Shown: positions 10,040 through 25,175 of the stretch, one piece after another
Layout of the letters: each line of letters begins with the position of its first letter
How positions within the stretch are numbered: position 1 is the first letter of the stretch
Source: Octopus sinensis
Lineage: Eukaryota
Assembly (NCBI RefSeq): GCF_006345805.1
Contig: NC_042999.1
Span: 133,920,001 to 133,984,000 of the forward strand
Direction of reading: 5' to 3'
DNA length: 64,000 nt
The notes under the pieces: generated by a model
What the model saw: only the letters and a program-made list of their open reading frames with translations
Told to the model about the DNA's origin: nothing
Database searches by the model: none
Position numbers and translations under genes: made by a program

Positions 10040-13000
10040 GTCTCCCCACGAGCCAATCAAAGCTAAAAAATGATAACATTATCGTAGCACCAAAATGTTT
10101 TTGGAAACTAAAAGGAAAACTAAATCAGTATACCAAATCGCTTGTCCTATGGTTAATCTGGAAGCGCGTCCCCCAGGGAAGAGCCAGCCTGGGATCGAAA
10201 ACTCATCAACTGGCACAAACTCTTCTCCGAATACGGACATGGATGGTCACTTGAACGGGAAATCCCCCAACTCGAGCCCTCCAAGTTCACCACCACAACC
10301 ACCACAGAAAGAAAAATGTAAGCGGAACAAATGGACCCGAGAAGAGTATAAAGAAGTAATATACGCTTATTACTATGCATTAGGTAGGCCATCTCAAGAG
10401 AGACACACCGCAAACTCTTACAGTATATGGAGAACACGGAATCAAGACAGTAGACCCTATTTGGACGAGAACAAATTAGCAAATGTGAGGAGGGATATCC
10501 TTAGAAATAACAGACTCACAGACAGTGAAATAAGCGCGATCAAGCACGCAACGGAAAATGACATAAATATAAGACACAAAAGAAATGAAGAATCAGATGA
10601 ACAGTATAGCCCGCCACGAGGCTTAATTGAAAGACTGCCATCTGACCAAAGTACGCAAAGGCCTGAAGATACAAGAAATTCTATTGTACCTGTTAAAGAT
10701 AGCCAGGAAAACGAAAAAACAACAGTAACTGAAGATCTCGCATTTGCTGAAGAACACAGAGAGTCTATGGCAGAAATGAGGCAGAAAATCCTGAATACGC
10801 TTGAAGTTGTAAGACATACAAGTATGAATGATAGAGAACCGCTTCATAAACTCTCAAATACAACCAAAATAAAAAACAAATCCAAATTGGCAACTATGTA
10901 ACAAATGAAATAATACGAGAATTAAAACCTGATTTTACTGAGTTAAATGAAATTATTACGCTTCTGCTAGGGCAATTGAAACCAGCTGTATGCCCCCGAA
11001 AAAACAAAGAAAACAAAACCTGGGAAGAAATCAAACCTGGAGAAGTAAAATTGAAAAAGAGATTGAATTTATGAGAGGGGAAATATCAATATTAAATGAA
11101 CTAATATGTGGAAATGATGTAAGATCCAGAACAGGAAGAAAGATGAAGAGAAAATTTGGATCCTCACCAAGAGAACTGCTATCAATAAAAGAAACGCTGA
11201 AACAAAAAGTCCAAGCAAAAGCCCAAAGAATACGAAGATTTGAGAAGAGAAACAAGTTTTACAAGCAAAATAAGCTGTTCACATCCAATGCCAAAAATTC
11301 TACAGAGAAATAGGGAAGGAGAAAGTAACCGTTAAAGACCCCCCTCCCATGGAAGAAGTTCAAAACTTTTGGAAAAGGATTTGGAGTGACAAGAAGACGT
11401 ACAACATAAATGCAGACTGGATTATACAAACTGAAGGATCCTACCAAAATTTACAACAACAAGCATGGGAAGACATCACAATAGCAGACCTAAGAAAGGC
11501 ACTCACGAAGGCCCATAATTGGAAATCCCCCGGTAAAGATAGGGTGCCGAATTTCTGGCTCGCATCGCTCCCGTGCGCACACGGTAAGCTAGTTCAGCTG
11601 CTCAATGGAATTATGAGAGACCCAAAGAAAACACCTGAATGGTTAGCAAGTGGCATTACTTACCTACTCCCAAAGAATAACGAAACCAACCTTCCAAAAA
11701 ACTATCGGCCTATAACCTGTCTATCCACCACGTATAAAATCCTAACATCTATCCTGGCGGAGAAAACATATGCATTCATGGAGAAGAACGATATTTTCCC
11801 CATTGAACAAAAAGGGTGCCGCCGAGGCTCTTACGGATGCAAAGATCAACTGCTAATCAATCGTATGATCCTTGAGAACTGTCACAACAAGCGCAGAAAT
11901 CTCAGCACCGCATGGATTGACTATAAAAAGGCCTTCGACAGTATACCGCATCCATGGATCTTGAGATCGCTGGACATCTTCAAAATTTCCCCTGTGATTT
12001 CAAACTTCCTGAAGCACAATATGTCGTTGTGGAATACGAATCTCCAATTATACCACTCTAATGGAGTACTTGCCTCAGAAAATATAAACATCAACTGTGG
12101 AATTTTTTAAGGTGACTCACTTTCACCTTTAATATTCTGCATAGCCCTAATACCCCTTACAAGTGAATTAAACAGAACAGGGTATGGTATAAAATTGCCA
12201 ATAAAAAATAAGCCATCTATTTTATATGGATGACTTAAAACTTTATGGTAAAGACAATAATGAACTTGAAGGCCTATTGCGCACCGTGAAAGCATTCAGC
12301 GATGACATCGGGATGGAGTTTGGACTTGAGAAGTGTGCCAAGGCCACTTTCCAGAAAGGGAAAGTGAAGACCACAAATTCAGTCGTGTTAGATGTTGACA
12401 CAGTCATAAGAGAGCTTGAGCAAGAACAAACATACAAATATTTAGGGATAAATGAAGGCTCTGGTATTCAGCATGCAAGCATGAAAGAGAAGATCAGGAA
12501 GGAATGTTATAGGAGAGTTCGTGCAGTCCTGAAATCTGAACTAAATGCACGTAACAAGGTGTTAGCTATAAATTCCCTAGCAGTTCCAGTTATTACTTAT
12601 AGCTACAATGTGTTGAACTGGAATATGAGTGAAGTAAAGAATATAGATAGAAAAATACGCAAGCTGCTGAGTTGTAATAGGATGCACCACCCAAAGGCAG
12701 ACGTAGATCGCCTTTACCTTCCCAGAGCCCAAGGAGGTCGAGGCCTGATCCAATTTGAACTAGCTTACAAAACAACCACAATTGGACTGGCCAAATATCT
12801 CGAAATATCGAATGACTGGATGCTAAAGCTCGTGGAAAATCACGAGAGACGAAAGAAGCTTCATTCTATTATAAAGGAAAGCAAAAATTTGCTATTGATC
12901 TCGTGCAGGATACCCAAACTGAACAACCCGAGGGAAGTACGGCAACTATTGTTGCAAAGAAGGTGAAAATGATGGCAATGAAAAAAGCGCACGAGCAATT

Positions 13001-13806
13001 GGCTGATAGGTGGGAGGAGAAACCTCTGCACGGCAAATATGTGACCCGCAGCAAACAAGCTGATGTTGACCAGAAGCAAACCCATCAGTGGCTGCGGAGC
13101 TCAGGGCTAAAAGCAGAGAGCGAAGTTTTCATCCTGGCTGCTCAAGACCAAAGCCTATCAACCCGGAACTACCAGGCCAATGTGATGAAAAATGGAGCAG
13201 ACCCAAAATGCCGATTCTGCAACGACATGATTGAAACAGTGGACCACCTAATCTCTGGATGTAAAGTCTTAGCACCAGTGGAGTATAAATTAAGACATGA
13301 CAGAGTTGGCCAATATCTCCACTGGCTAGTAAGTCGGCATTACAATATCAAAACTGCCGACAAGTGGTATAATCACCACCCTGAGGCTGTAACTTAAGGA
13401 GAAAATGTAACCATTCTGTGGGACTGTCCAGTACATACAGACCGAACCATCAAGGCCAATAAACCAGATATTGTTGTGAAAGACCAAAACAATAAAGTTT
13501 GCTTATTGATCGACATGAGCATCCCCTGTGATCATAATATCTCAGCGAAAGAGTATGACAAGCTCAGAAAATATAAAGACCTACTCATTGAAATTGAGAA
13601 AATGTGGCATCTCAAGGCGGTTACAATACCAGTGATCGTAGGAGCACTAGGAATGATCAAGAAGGAACCGAAAATTATATGAGGATGATCCCTGGCTTAC
13701 CATCCCTGCAAGAAGTGCAAAAGATTGTCTTAACTGGTACATCACACGTATTGAGAAGAGCATTGTCGATGTGAGAACTGTTGCTGCTGCTCATGTATTT
13801 TATTTA

Positions 13807-13837
<31 letters not shown>

Positions 13838-13957
13838 GAACGAACTACTGAGTTTGGCTTAATGGCCTACCAATATACACTATGAGTTTCTTTGCCCTAG
13901 GAGTCGGGAAGACACTCGGCAAGAAATGGAAGAAAATTTGAAAGAAGAAAAAAAAAG
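10040..13957 (+). mobile_element. R4/Dong-clade RLE non-LTR retrotransposon, near full length
   Basis: Single long disrupted ORF, ~180-bp 3' UTR, 3' end joined to (TAA)n at 13958. The 5' boundary is approximate. Confidence 0.92.
10095..13774 (+). pseudogene. Dong/R4 polyprotein: N-terminal Myb-like region, RT, CCHC knuckle, PD-(D/E)xK restriction-like endonuclease
   Basis: RNKWTREE; WKSPGKD; NYRPITCL; EQKGC; WIDYKKAFDS; GIF*GDSLSP; YMDDLKL (about 12223); CRFC...DHLISGC; RHD; NKPDIVV; LIDMSIP; KYKDL. In-frame TAA at 12108-12110 and 13395-13397, plus about 5 frameshifts. Confidence 0.92.
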
Positions 13958-14004
13958 TAATAATAATAATAATAATAATAATAATATATAATATAATAAT
14001 AACA

Positions 14005-14180
14005 ACAACATCGAAAAGTACCTTAGGAGTGAGAACCCAGGTTCGAAATTTCCCCAAGACACTTGATGAAGGCTGGAGGGTATATCAGCTGAAACGTTGT
14101 GTTAACAACAAACAAGATGAGGCCAAATATCCGTCAAATGTAAATAATGTACATAATTCCTCATCTCTTAAATATAGAAC
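14005..14180 (+). mobile_element. Hammerhead-bearing short repeat, copy B
   Basis: Homologous to copies A and C. Hammerhead at 14058-14103 reads GACAC-TTGATGA-A-GGCTG..CAGCT-GAAAC-GTT-GTGTT (two C>T changes). Confidence 0.8.
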
Positions 14181-15102
14181 TGTATGAATCAGTTATTTTA
14201 CAAGAACACATAAGCTGTGAAGTTCAATTCCATACCAAAACAGCTATAACCAAATACTGCAAAGAGGTAAAAAAGTACCTGAGCATATGCATGAGTTTTT
14301 TACTTATTCAGAGTGAAGTAAACTACCTGTGGTGCTTTACTTTTTAGGAATTTCGTGAGAGGTGAGGGGGAAAGATGAAATAATCCTTAAATCGGATACC
14401 TGTTCTGAATGCTTGCAAAGTGGAGTCCACGAGAGATATCCAAAGCAATAAACTTGGAGATACGTTAAACGTTCTATCCAAGAACTCAAGAAACAAATAG
14501 CAGGAACAAACACCAGAAGGCATCTCAATCGATGCTCTAATGATTCCAACAATCCACGGTCCTGGATTTGTAATTCATTTCAACAACTGTAAAAGAATAA
14601 AAGGCAAAGCTGGCCTCGACAAAATTTAAACTTAAAATAACTGTCGTAAAACTTGTGCTATTTCACCAGCTACCAAATGTTCATCACGCGTGGATCCTGA
14701 AAATGATTAAGGAATGATTAAGGATGCAGCCAAAAAAAAGCAGATACATTTTAAGATCTGTAAATAATAGTAAACAATTTTGCAAAGCCCAATAAGAGAG
14801 AAGAATTTTAAAAATAACCCAATCTTCATCTGAAAACACATATTCCAACGGGATCCTCTCTCCTCCAACTCTCTCTCTCTCTTCCTGCTTTTACTTTTTT
14901 CTGCTTGGTACTAACAACACGTTCAACTAGCATTTTACAGACAATTCACCATCGAATGCAAACGCTACGACAATCAACCTGCATTTTTTAATATAGAGAG
15001 ATGATTTCAAGTTGCACAATACAGATTATGAGCAAATATATATATATAATTGTTTGAAGGACCTATACTCCTGTAAAGGGATGCTAGCATTCTTGTTCTC
15101 CT

Positions 15103-15145
<43 letters not shown>

Positions 15146-15157
15146 ATATATATATAT

Positions 15158-15193
<36 letters not shown>

Positions 15194-15208
15194 TAGATAG
15201 ATAGATAG

Positions 15209-15274
<66 letters not shown>

Positions 15275-16319
15275 TTACAGATATTACTAATGGTTATATA
15301 TAACCAATATTAACAGAGAGTACAGGATTTACTAAAGAAATTATTATGAGATTAAGTTTAGGAAAAAATTTGCCTAGACAACATTGGACATGAGGAAATA
15401 TATATATATATATATATATATAAACAATAACATCATGCTGGTTAAAGGAACAGAGATAACCAAATTACAGCATATGCTGATTAGAAATATTATAAATCAA
15501 TGAACTAGTCGGTATGCAACACTTATTCAAATGAAAGAAAATTCAGGAAGAAGTATTATAGACGTATTAAGTTAACACTTGATGCAGATTTCTATGCAAT
15601 AATTAATTTAAGTGAAGTAATGGGCATCACTACTCTACATGTCCCGGTAATAAATTATACTTAACTATTTTCAATTGGCGATTCACTAAATAGAAATCGA
15701 AGAATAACACCGCAGTAAATACATCACCTGTAATATCATCGCTTGTAATTATTTCATTGCAAAATAATTACATTGAGAGCGAGTACGTCGCCCGTGGTGC
15801 ATTCATCGTCATGCCAATTACATCGTCGGTAAATTCATCATCGTGCTTTTTCATCCGCAGAGTAAATTAAATGGCTAAACATTAAAGTTTTTAATTGCAG
15901 AGTAAATACATCACATTATATTAACAACGAAACAAATCCAAAGACCAAACATTCCGGCGTAATAACTGAAAATTTTTAGAAATATTGAAAAGGAAGCAAT
16001 CATTACACGCAATGGTAGCCAAATAATATATCACCTGAGCAGAATTATCACATTGCAATATGTATGTATGTATGTATGCATGTATGTATGTATGTATGTA
16101 TGTATGTATGTATGTATGTATGTATGTATGTATGTATGTATGTATGTATGTATGCATGTACGTATGTACGTACGTATGTATGTATGTATGTATGTATGTA
16201 TGTATGTATGTATGTATGTATATAGTTGTATCAACCATACTATTGGATAATGTTATAAACCACCGGTCACAATGCAATTCCTTGCATTGTTGTGGCTTTC
16301 GAATAAAGCTAGCCTGCTA

Positions 16320-16500
16320 GCTAGGCGGGCACGCCATCACACCCTCCCCCGGAATTGAACGCCAATCTGTCACAGCTGGGTGGACTAGAGTGTCGGGAAA
16401 TGAGGTGTTTTGCTGAAGAACAATGTATCGCCTCTGGGAATCGAAATCACGATCGCAAGATCGTGAGAGCAACGCTGTAATTATTAAGTTACTAAGCACT
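16320..16500 (-). mobile_element. tRNA-derived SINE (family C), degraded
   Basis: Minus strand ...gttgctctcacgatcttgcgatcgtgatttcgattcccagagg...ttgttcttcagcaaaacacctcatttcc. Confidence 0.6.
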
Positions 16501-17409
16501 ACGTTGGACACATTGTTCAGGATTTGGACACTTTTTCTTTACCCCATTTCCAGTTTTAAATGGAGGTATTTTATTCCTGACTAGTCATTTTATTTAGTCC
16601 TGCATGGATATTTTATAATAGCCTCCTTGTATTTGGGGAATATAAAATTTCTGTGTCACTTTACCCTTGCAAATCAGTTCCACAGCTTTTATCATGGTCA
16701 CAATCTGTAACAGTAGAAGTATATAATGATATAACGACCATACTGTATAAATATATTCGGCGAGATTCTATTCACGGTTACATGCAACAGTTTTGCTGAG
16801 GAGGTCAGGTTTTCTACATAAATCTGTTGACATGTTTTTCAGCGCATGTAGAACTTGTGTGTAAATGTACATATACGTAATTTAAGCACAAAGCCAGCAG
16901 TTTTGAAGAGATAGCATACACTACATTACTAAGTTCGTAATATATTTTATTGGATCTGAGAGGATTAAATATAAAGTCGACCTCGGTGAGATTTGAACTT
17001 AAAACGTAAAGAACCGGAAGAAATACTACATGGTATATTTTCGATGCTTAAACTATTGTTTTGTGTCTTATGTCTTATGTCTGTGCAGAATATTGTTTTG
17101 GTTTTGTATTTTCTATCATGCTGATGACACTTAATGCTTGTGGAGTGTATGTTGTGTGTATTTGTAAGTTCTGGAATGAAGTGTAAATGTGTAATGTTGA
17201 CACTGACAAAACTACCGCTGCCATGTACGAAGGAATACTTGCTCTGGTATAGACGCAAATTATTCTGTCTTTCTTAATCATGACCAAGGTCCCTTCACCA
17301 GTAACTTCTGCTGTTAAAAGTAATCCAATTGAACACTGAATAGCCTTCTTTAGGTATTCCATCATTTTTCTTTAGTACTATAGACACAAAGCCTGTTCCC
17401 AGCGTTCAA

Positions 17410-17500
17410 CAGATTATCAATTTATCAACCCCGAAAGAATGAAAGGCAAAGTCGACCACCGCAGAATTTGAACTCGGAGCATAAAGACTGAAACAAGTAG
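17410..17500 (-). mobile_element. SINE family A fragment
   Basis: ttatcaaccccgaaagaatgaaaggcaaagtcgacc...gaatttgaactc. Confidence 0.65.
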
Positions 17501-18326
17501 AAGATAAAAGATTTACCACCAAGCACTAGATAAATAAGTTGGTTCCATCAGTTGACTTGGTGAAGAAATCACATCCGCGGAGGCTTACGATCCAATACCA
17601 AAATAGATAAATGAATCAGTTTGTACACGAGAGAATGAACCTCGGTTTAATTGTGTCTGAATACGACAACATTTTTGTAATATTTCCCGTCTTTCATTAA
17701 CACAGTCATAAATCTAATAAATGCATTGTCAAAGAGAGAGAGACGTCTAAAAGAGTTCAATCATATCGTATGAGAGAAAAATTGCTACTAACAACTGCTA
17801 TTATTTAATGATAATAAAAATGAATTATAAGGAATATCAGAGGTGGCAAATTGTAAGAGAGTAAGGAGAGGGCGCGAACGAAAATAAAGAGGAATTGGGT
17901 TTGAAATCAACAATAGATCGACAAATCCAAGTTTCAAAATAGTAAGGTCATTCACACAAAAGTACACCTCACCAAAAAAAAAAAGCCAAAGAAAAAACAA
18001 ACAATCGAAATACTTTATATATGAAAATAGCAGATACAATGTATTAGTCACACACATATTTGAAGAGGACTGTAATTAAAGACACAAATAGATTGGGAAA
18101 TATTTGTGAGGCTTATAAAAATCGGTCAGTAACCTACTTTGAACAAACGCAGTGGAATTGTGTCAGTGACCAAGTTGCAGAAATGCGACGAAACTTAAAA
18201 ATAATAAAACACACACACACATATTTGTGTGTGTGTGTGTGTGTGTATACGTAACTATCTGCACCGATATATATATATATATATGTGTGTATATATATAT
18301 ATGTATATATATCTATATCTATATAT

Positions 18327-18630
18327 CACGTGATCACGTGACCGACCAGACCATCAGATGTTGCTACACATCGCTGGTCGCAATGCGTTCGCATTGTTTT
18401 AGCCTTCGAATGACGCCACCCCGCTGGCTAAGCGAGCAGGCCAACAGAAGAAAGAGTGAGAGAAAGTTGTGGTTAAAGAATACAGCAGGGATCACCAACC
18501 CCTGCCGGAGCCTCGTGGAGCTTTTTTTAGGTGTTTTTCGCTCAATAAACACACACAACACTCGGTCTGGGAATCGAAACCGCGATCCTACGACCACGAG
18601 TCCGCTGCCCTAACCACTGGGCCATTGCAC
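18327..18630 (-). mobile_element. tRNA-derived SINE (family C)
   Basis: Pol III A box tggcccagtggttag and B box gtttcgattcc on the minus strand, followed by a non-tRNA body and tail. Confidence 0.8.
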
Positions 18631-18655
18631 CTCTATATATATATATATATATATA

Positions 18656-19012
18656 CTAGCAGTATCGCCCGGCGTTGCTCGGGTTTGTAAGGGAAATAAC
18701 TATAAAGCATTTTTAGAGAGTTATAGCCAAAAAGTAGCAAAAACTGGAAAAAAATGATGGTAAATTTTTTTTTAGTTAAAAAAGGTGGAGTTGCGTCCCC
18801 TAGACAGTTTGTGTTTCTGATTCTGGACCCCATGTCGAATTTATCGATTTTTTTCAGAACTGGGGGAACTTTTCAAAATTTTCGCTGCCTTAGTTTTGAA
18901 TTATGACATTGGGCTATGTGTGTGTCAAGTTTCATCAGAATCGGTTGAAAGCCGTGGTCAGGGTGAAGGTACAAGCAAACAGACACACAGAAACACGCAC
19001 AGACAAACTGCC

Positions 19013-19030
<18 letters not shown>
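18656..19030 (-). mobile_element. Non-autonomous Helitron-type element
   Basis: Ends in CTAG|T (18659-18655) with a GC hairpin cccgagcaacgccggg (18668-18683) about 8 nt upstream. The other end merges into a TA run via acagacaaactgccgtttatata. Confidence 0.7.
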
Positions 19031-19110
<80 letters not shown>

Positions 19111-19286
19111 ATGTATGTATATTGAAGTAGGTTGTGTTAGGCCGGACCAATGCAAGAATGTACAAAGTAAAGTACAAAAGGAAAAGAAGACAGCAAAGTT
19201 GCATTTTTATCTTGTATTTCCACAGTTCGGGGTAAAGACGCGTTCTTTAGGACATTTGGTAAAAGCGCGTTGCTCAGAATACAAGG

Positions 19287-19358
<72 letters not shown>

Positions 19359-21584
19359 ATCAGACCATCAAAATGTACAAATACCACAAGCACTCTACTG
19401 ACTAAGCTATCCAACGACGACCTAGGTTAATTATAATAAATTGGTATACATATTAAAGATTATGAATGATGTCATATGTAACAATTTTCCATTAAGTTGC
19501 AAATCTAGTTTTGGACTGATAATGACGGTGGCATACCAAAGATCAGCTTAAAGATCCGATGATCAACCAATACAGTGATGAGAAGCAGCATGAACATGTA
19601 AGGTTAGAATAAATACATGCGAACAACAGTGTATTGCAGACAATTGATAATGCACACATATCTGGATAATCTGAGGTGACGGTGACTAAGGAGCTAATAT
19701 ATTATAGTATAGCGTGGTTGGCAGCGAAATGGAAATAAGGTTGGTTAATGAATATTTAAATGTGTCTATCCCGTGAGCTGTGTAAAAGTAACAAAGTGAA
19801 AAGACTAGCAAAGAGTTAGTAAGAGTATATTACCAGTCAATCATGTTGTCAAAATCTATTAATCTTATCATATCTAGAAGCCAAATTCTCAAACAAGTTT
19901 TATTTACTTTCTTTCTATTTTTTCTTTCGTTTTTTTTTACCTTGCAAAAATTGGCAGCTACTAAATGGCATTACATATGAAATTGCTTGCAACCGTCTGT
20001 CTGTCTGTACACAAGTGTTCTTTTAATATTTACCGAATTTATTTGAGCAATAAATGCTTTAACCCTATTCTTCTGGATAATCCTAGATTCTGTTCAATTT
20101 TCCTTAATGATATTTCATGAAGTAACAATTCTGAATTAAGACACACACAGAAAGCGTTTTATAAATTATAAATAGTTTATGAATATTCTAGTTTCCGAGG
20201 AGTAGTAATGCTTTGTAGCCACTAATATTTAAAATTTATGACAAATGAAGTGAAATTGAAGTACTCAATGCATATTGGGAGATTTCCGTAAACTGGAAGA
20301 ATACAGTATGCGATGAAGCAGCAAGTGAATTTTAAAAACTTCAAGATAGACTTTGAACAGCCAGAAAAACTGGAAATCTGGTGAAATAAATGAGTGTTGC
20401 GAAGAGTGGCCCACTCATAGTTGCAGATACCATTCATTAAAAACACGTTGGAATATAGAAAGTAAAATGGACAGCTAAGATGAATTAGAGATATAAATGA
20501 TATGGGGGAATCAGATTCTCGCTGTGTGTATTCTAGTGGAATTCAGTGAATAGGATCCATGTTCGACTGATCTTGGATAGGATTCATGTTCTACAGATAT
20601 TGGTGTAAAAGAGGAAACCTTTTTTTTAAAGCTTGGTTAATACTTTTGTTGCAGACTTTGAGACAGTCAGAATAACTGGAAATCTGAACAAATAAGTCAG
20701 GATATACTTTCATTAAGCGAATTTGTACCCGATAATATATAAAAGTGTTCCAGTGAGATGGAAAAAAAATGTTATTTCGAATGTGGAATGACAAATATCT
20801 CCAAGAAACCTGTTGCAGTTGTGCTCATACACTAATACTGAGCTAATGTGTAGATAGCGAATCATACTTTGTGAAAACACCTAGCTTTTCCTGTTAAAAT
20901 AGCAATGTTTTGAGAAGCACTATACAATAAATATGTAATTTTCGAGCGCTATATGTACAGGCTAAAATGGCGTCATTGATTTTGTTTGACACAAACACTA
21001 AATATGGATTTATTTCTAACTATTTCCTGTTTATAATCTCTCTCTTTCTTTCTCCTGTTTCTTCCTACACCAACTAACATAATTCCCGATGCCCTGCAGC
21101 CACATCTTGTTCTTTGTTATCTTTTTCACAATCTTTTTCTTTTTTGTATTTCTAGGTTTTTATTGTTGTTGCTGCCTGTTTTGCCCGTGCGCGCTAGAAA
21201 GAAATATAGTGTATGTGTGTGTTTGTGCTTGTGTGTATGTGCGTTTATGTCAATCTGGGTGTGTGCGTGTTTCTTGTTCTTTTTCGTGTCCACGATTTTC
21301 TTATTCTTTTCTTTCTTCCAATTTATTTCAATGTAAATTTATATGTCTTTGACGGTCTTCGACTAAAGCACGCCATTTGTCGCCGATTCTAGAAGCATTA
21401 AAGCGATTTATCACTGGTGTTGTTTTGGTAACGAAAGATTTAGCATACGTTAGAATATAAAATAACGGGACGGCGTATGTTGATTCCACCAGTGACAAGA
21501 ACTAAACTTTCAAATTCCCTTTGGTAATTCTTGAAAGAACAAGATATTTCTAACATAGATGATAAATGTCGTCAAAGGAATATA

Positions 21585-21618
<34 letters not shown>

Positions 21619-21635
21619 TGGACTATAATAACAAA

Positions 21636-21703
<68 letters not shown>

Positions 21704-22504
21704 ATAATAATAATAATAATAATAATCTTGTAACTTGGAAATAATAGCATCGCTATGTAGGAATTCAAGAAATAGATGATAAAAGTCTTAGAAATGATGT
21801 ATAAGGTGTCAAAGGAATGTAAAAAGACGGGAGACGATAACTTTGAAATAAAGCTGGAATGAGTTGAAGACAGCTGAAGACAGTGAATGCAATAAAAGCT
21901 ATACATATTTTATGATTTCATTATTTCACTACTATACTGTGTTCGCAAATGGGTAAAAATAGGAAAGCACTCACTTGAAGAGTAAAACACCATATATGTT
22001 TGTAATGCGTAAACGAGTACATTGAAAAATATGTATGGAAGCTATATATACATATATGTGTGTGTGTGTGTGTGTATAAAAGAAGAAGAAAAAAGAATTT
22101 GGATAAGCATTTAAAGCTGTTCAGTATACTACAGATGTTGGAATTACAGAGATAAAACTATTATAAGTGGAAGAACAAGAGAGGATACAATTTGACAAAA
22201 CAAAAATTACTTACAAATCGCAAATGTCATCTCCTTTAAAATACAAGCCGTACAGCGTAGTTAACGTCAAACACTCACACAAGAATACTCACAAATTACA
22301 CACCGTGTCGAAAAAAGCAAACAAAAAAAAAAACATTGAAATCTCAAGTCCACTTACATCCATAAATACTGGCGAATGATCGTCGTATCCCTATGCACCT
22401 ACATACTTTTCTACACTGGTTCACGTTTATCATAACTTAGTGACTAGATACTGCCTCTAAACTATACACATTTAACCCATTATCATCACACTAGCTTACA
22501 TTTG

Positions 22505-22615
22505 CGTGACCTGGTTGTTAGGTGTTGCGCTCACGATCGCAACATCGTGGTTTCGAATCTCGGACCGAGCGATGCGTTGTGTTCTTGAAAAAAAAAAACA
22601 GTTCATTTCACGTTC
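22505..22615 (+). mobile_element. SINE family C head
   Basis: gttgttaggtgttgcgctcacgatcgcaacatcgtggtttcgaatctcgg...ttgtgttcttg. Confidence 0.6.
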
Positions 22616-22619
22616 CTTA

Positions 22620-23225
<606 letters not shown>

Positions 23226-23826
23226 GAAAAAAATCAAGTCTACATCTGATGTGAGGCACAACGTGTACCCGTACAAGTAATGTCGATTTTATGGAGGGAG
23301 CCTAAACATTTCATCATTATAAACACATCATCTATATAGATCGTTCAGCATGAACTACAGCAACCTCACCAATCATCTACAAAAGAAGAGCCCACAGCCT
23401 TCGGCCATGATTGACTACATGTTTCTGCACCGGGAATATTTCTCTCAGAGCCACAGGCCCAAGCCTTTTAGCATGTGTTAAGATTAGCACTTCCCCATGC
23501 ATGTGAATTTCCCATCTTTTAACCACTGATGATGCCCAAATAAAAAGACAAATTCAATCACAACTTGGCGACAGTGCCGTCACAAACTTTGCCATCAAAG
23601 CGTAAACAGTACGTGGTCCCGCAATGCATCGTACAATACTCTAACAATTTCGCCAGTTCAGATGGAAGTTTTTCCAGTAGCTTCCGAACAGTTAAAAGAA
23701 AAGTTGGCCTCAGCGGAATTTGTGATATACTATACCACACCCTTCGGACATGGTCAATTGGCTGCCTTATTGCGCGGGGAATTTGCAGTGTCATTTGAAC
23801 ACCGTTAAGTATCTTTATATTGATTT

Positions 23827-23998
23827 CAAATTTTGGTACAAGGTCAGCAATTTAGGAGGAAATAAGTCGATTACATTGACTCCAGTGCTCAACTGGTACT
23901 TATTTTATCGACCCAGGAAGGACGAAACGCAAAGTCGACTTCAACAGAATTTGAAACAAGCATTCTTCCCGGCGCAGTAACGATTCTGCCATCTTGTA
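23827..23998 (-). mobile_element. SINE family A
   Basis: aaattttggtacaaggtcagcaattt...ctggtacttattttatcgaccc...aaagtcgac. Confidence 0.7.
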
Positions 23999-25020
23999 TC
24001 CTTATATGTATCCTTATATTAAGCACAACATATCGCATTTCTTGCCCAGAGTTGCTTCCTTATTACATATATTAAGCGAAACATAAAACCTTTCTCACCA
24101 GAATTGCTACCCGATCAGATTCTACATTTTTATATACTCATTTTAACGAGAAAAAAAAATAGAAAAAGAACAACTCTGGCAATTGAATCTTCATATCAAT
24201 TGCACTTACTTCATTCAGTTATCTCTATCTTTTAGTGAAAGACGGCTTGAAAATGCATCGAGTACGGCTTTCTTTGTTCACGCTAACTGAAAATGGAAAG
24301 AAAACTAAAAAGTGCTAAAAAAATAATAATAAAACATTAAACGAAGGAGTTGAAGCAGATGATTTGTGTGCAAAACGTACATCTTGTAAAAGCACATTAT
24401 AACAATAAAAATGACATAGTGTATATAAATATTTTATGCTGAAATATGTGCCTTCAAAGCAATAATTTCACCATTTTGCTGTCATGCAGTTGTGTTCAAG
24501 TTTGAAAATTGTTCAAGCTCAATTCATGTTTGTATAGTTTTCCAGTAAGCTTATGTTATGTTTCCGATTAGATTCAATCATGTAAATCTCCCAGGATTTC
24601 AGGGTTTTGAAGTTAAAATGGATATGGGAGATCATTCTAGATAAATATTAATAGTAGCCGTCATTGGAAGTGTGTATGAAATCGGGTGGGGAATTTTTAA
24701 CATATAAGATATTAAATGAGAGGTGGAATGTGAGGTTAAGCCCATTATATGTTAACAATCATATTAAGGTGAAAGAGAGAAATAGATTTTGCTGATGTTG
24801 AGGCTGTTTAATGTATTATTGTGGTGGAGGTGAAGATGATAACGGTGGTGGTTGTGGTTGTGGTTGTGGTGGTGATGTGATGGAGGTGTTGAATGTCATC
24901 TACAGATTTTTACTTGCATGAGAACTTGTATTACGTCATGCTTAGCAAAATATCAAATTTAGCTCCGAGCAATAATTGTGGTTTCTAACAGCCACATGTA
25001 CGGTTAAGATGTACGATTAA

Positions 25021-25175
25021 AAGGCGGCGAGCTGGCTGAAAAGTTAGCCCGCCGGGCGAAATGCTTAGCGGTGTTTCGTCAGTCTTTATGTTCTGAGTTC
25101 AAATTCCGCCGAGGTCGATTTGTCTTTCATCCTTTCGGGTACGATAAATTAAGTACCAGTTGCGTACTGGGGTCC
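25021..25175 (+). mobile_element. SINE family A
   Basis: ggcggcgagctggctgaaaagttagc...gagttcaaattccgccgaggtcga...tttcatcctttcggg. Confidence 0.8.

Noticed and set aside
10020-10100. HDV-like ribozyme at the Dong 5' end (also sought in the 550-bp element)
   Set aside because: Could not assemble P1, P1.1 and P2 pairings by eye; needs a descriptor search.
13958-14010. Dong inserted into the internal AAT tract of hammerhead copy B
   Set aside because: The missing upstream part (gcagtgacctga) is not present at the Dong 5' flank.
18540-18630. tRNA gene (also other SINE heads)
   Set aside because: A and B boxes are present but no complete cloverleaf or acceptor stem; each continues into a SINE body.
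23520-23590. Hammerhead at CTGATGA...GGC-GACA
   Set aside because: GACA instead of GAAA and no stem I pairing.
23558-23798. Open frames as a mariner fragment or host exon
   Set aside because: No diagnostic motif (HDNA, YSPDL) and no convincing splice sites.
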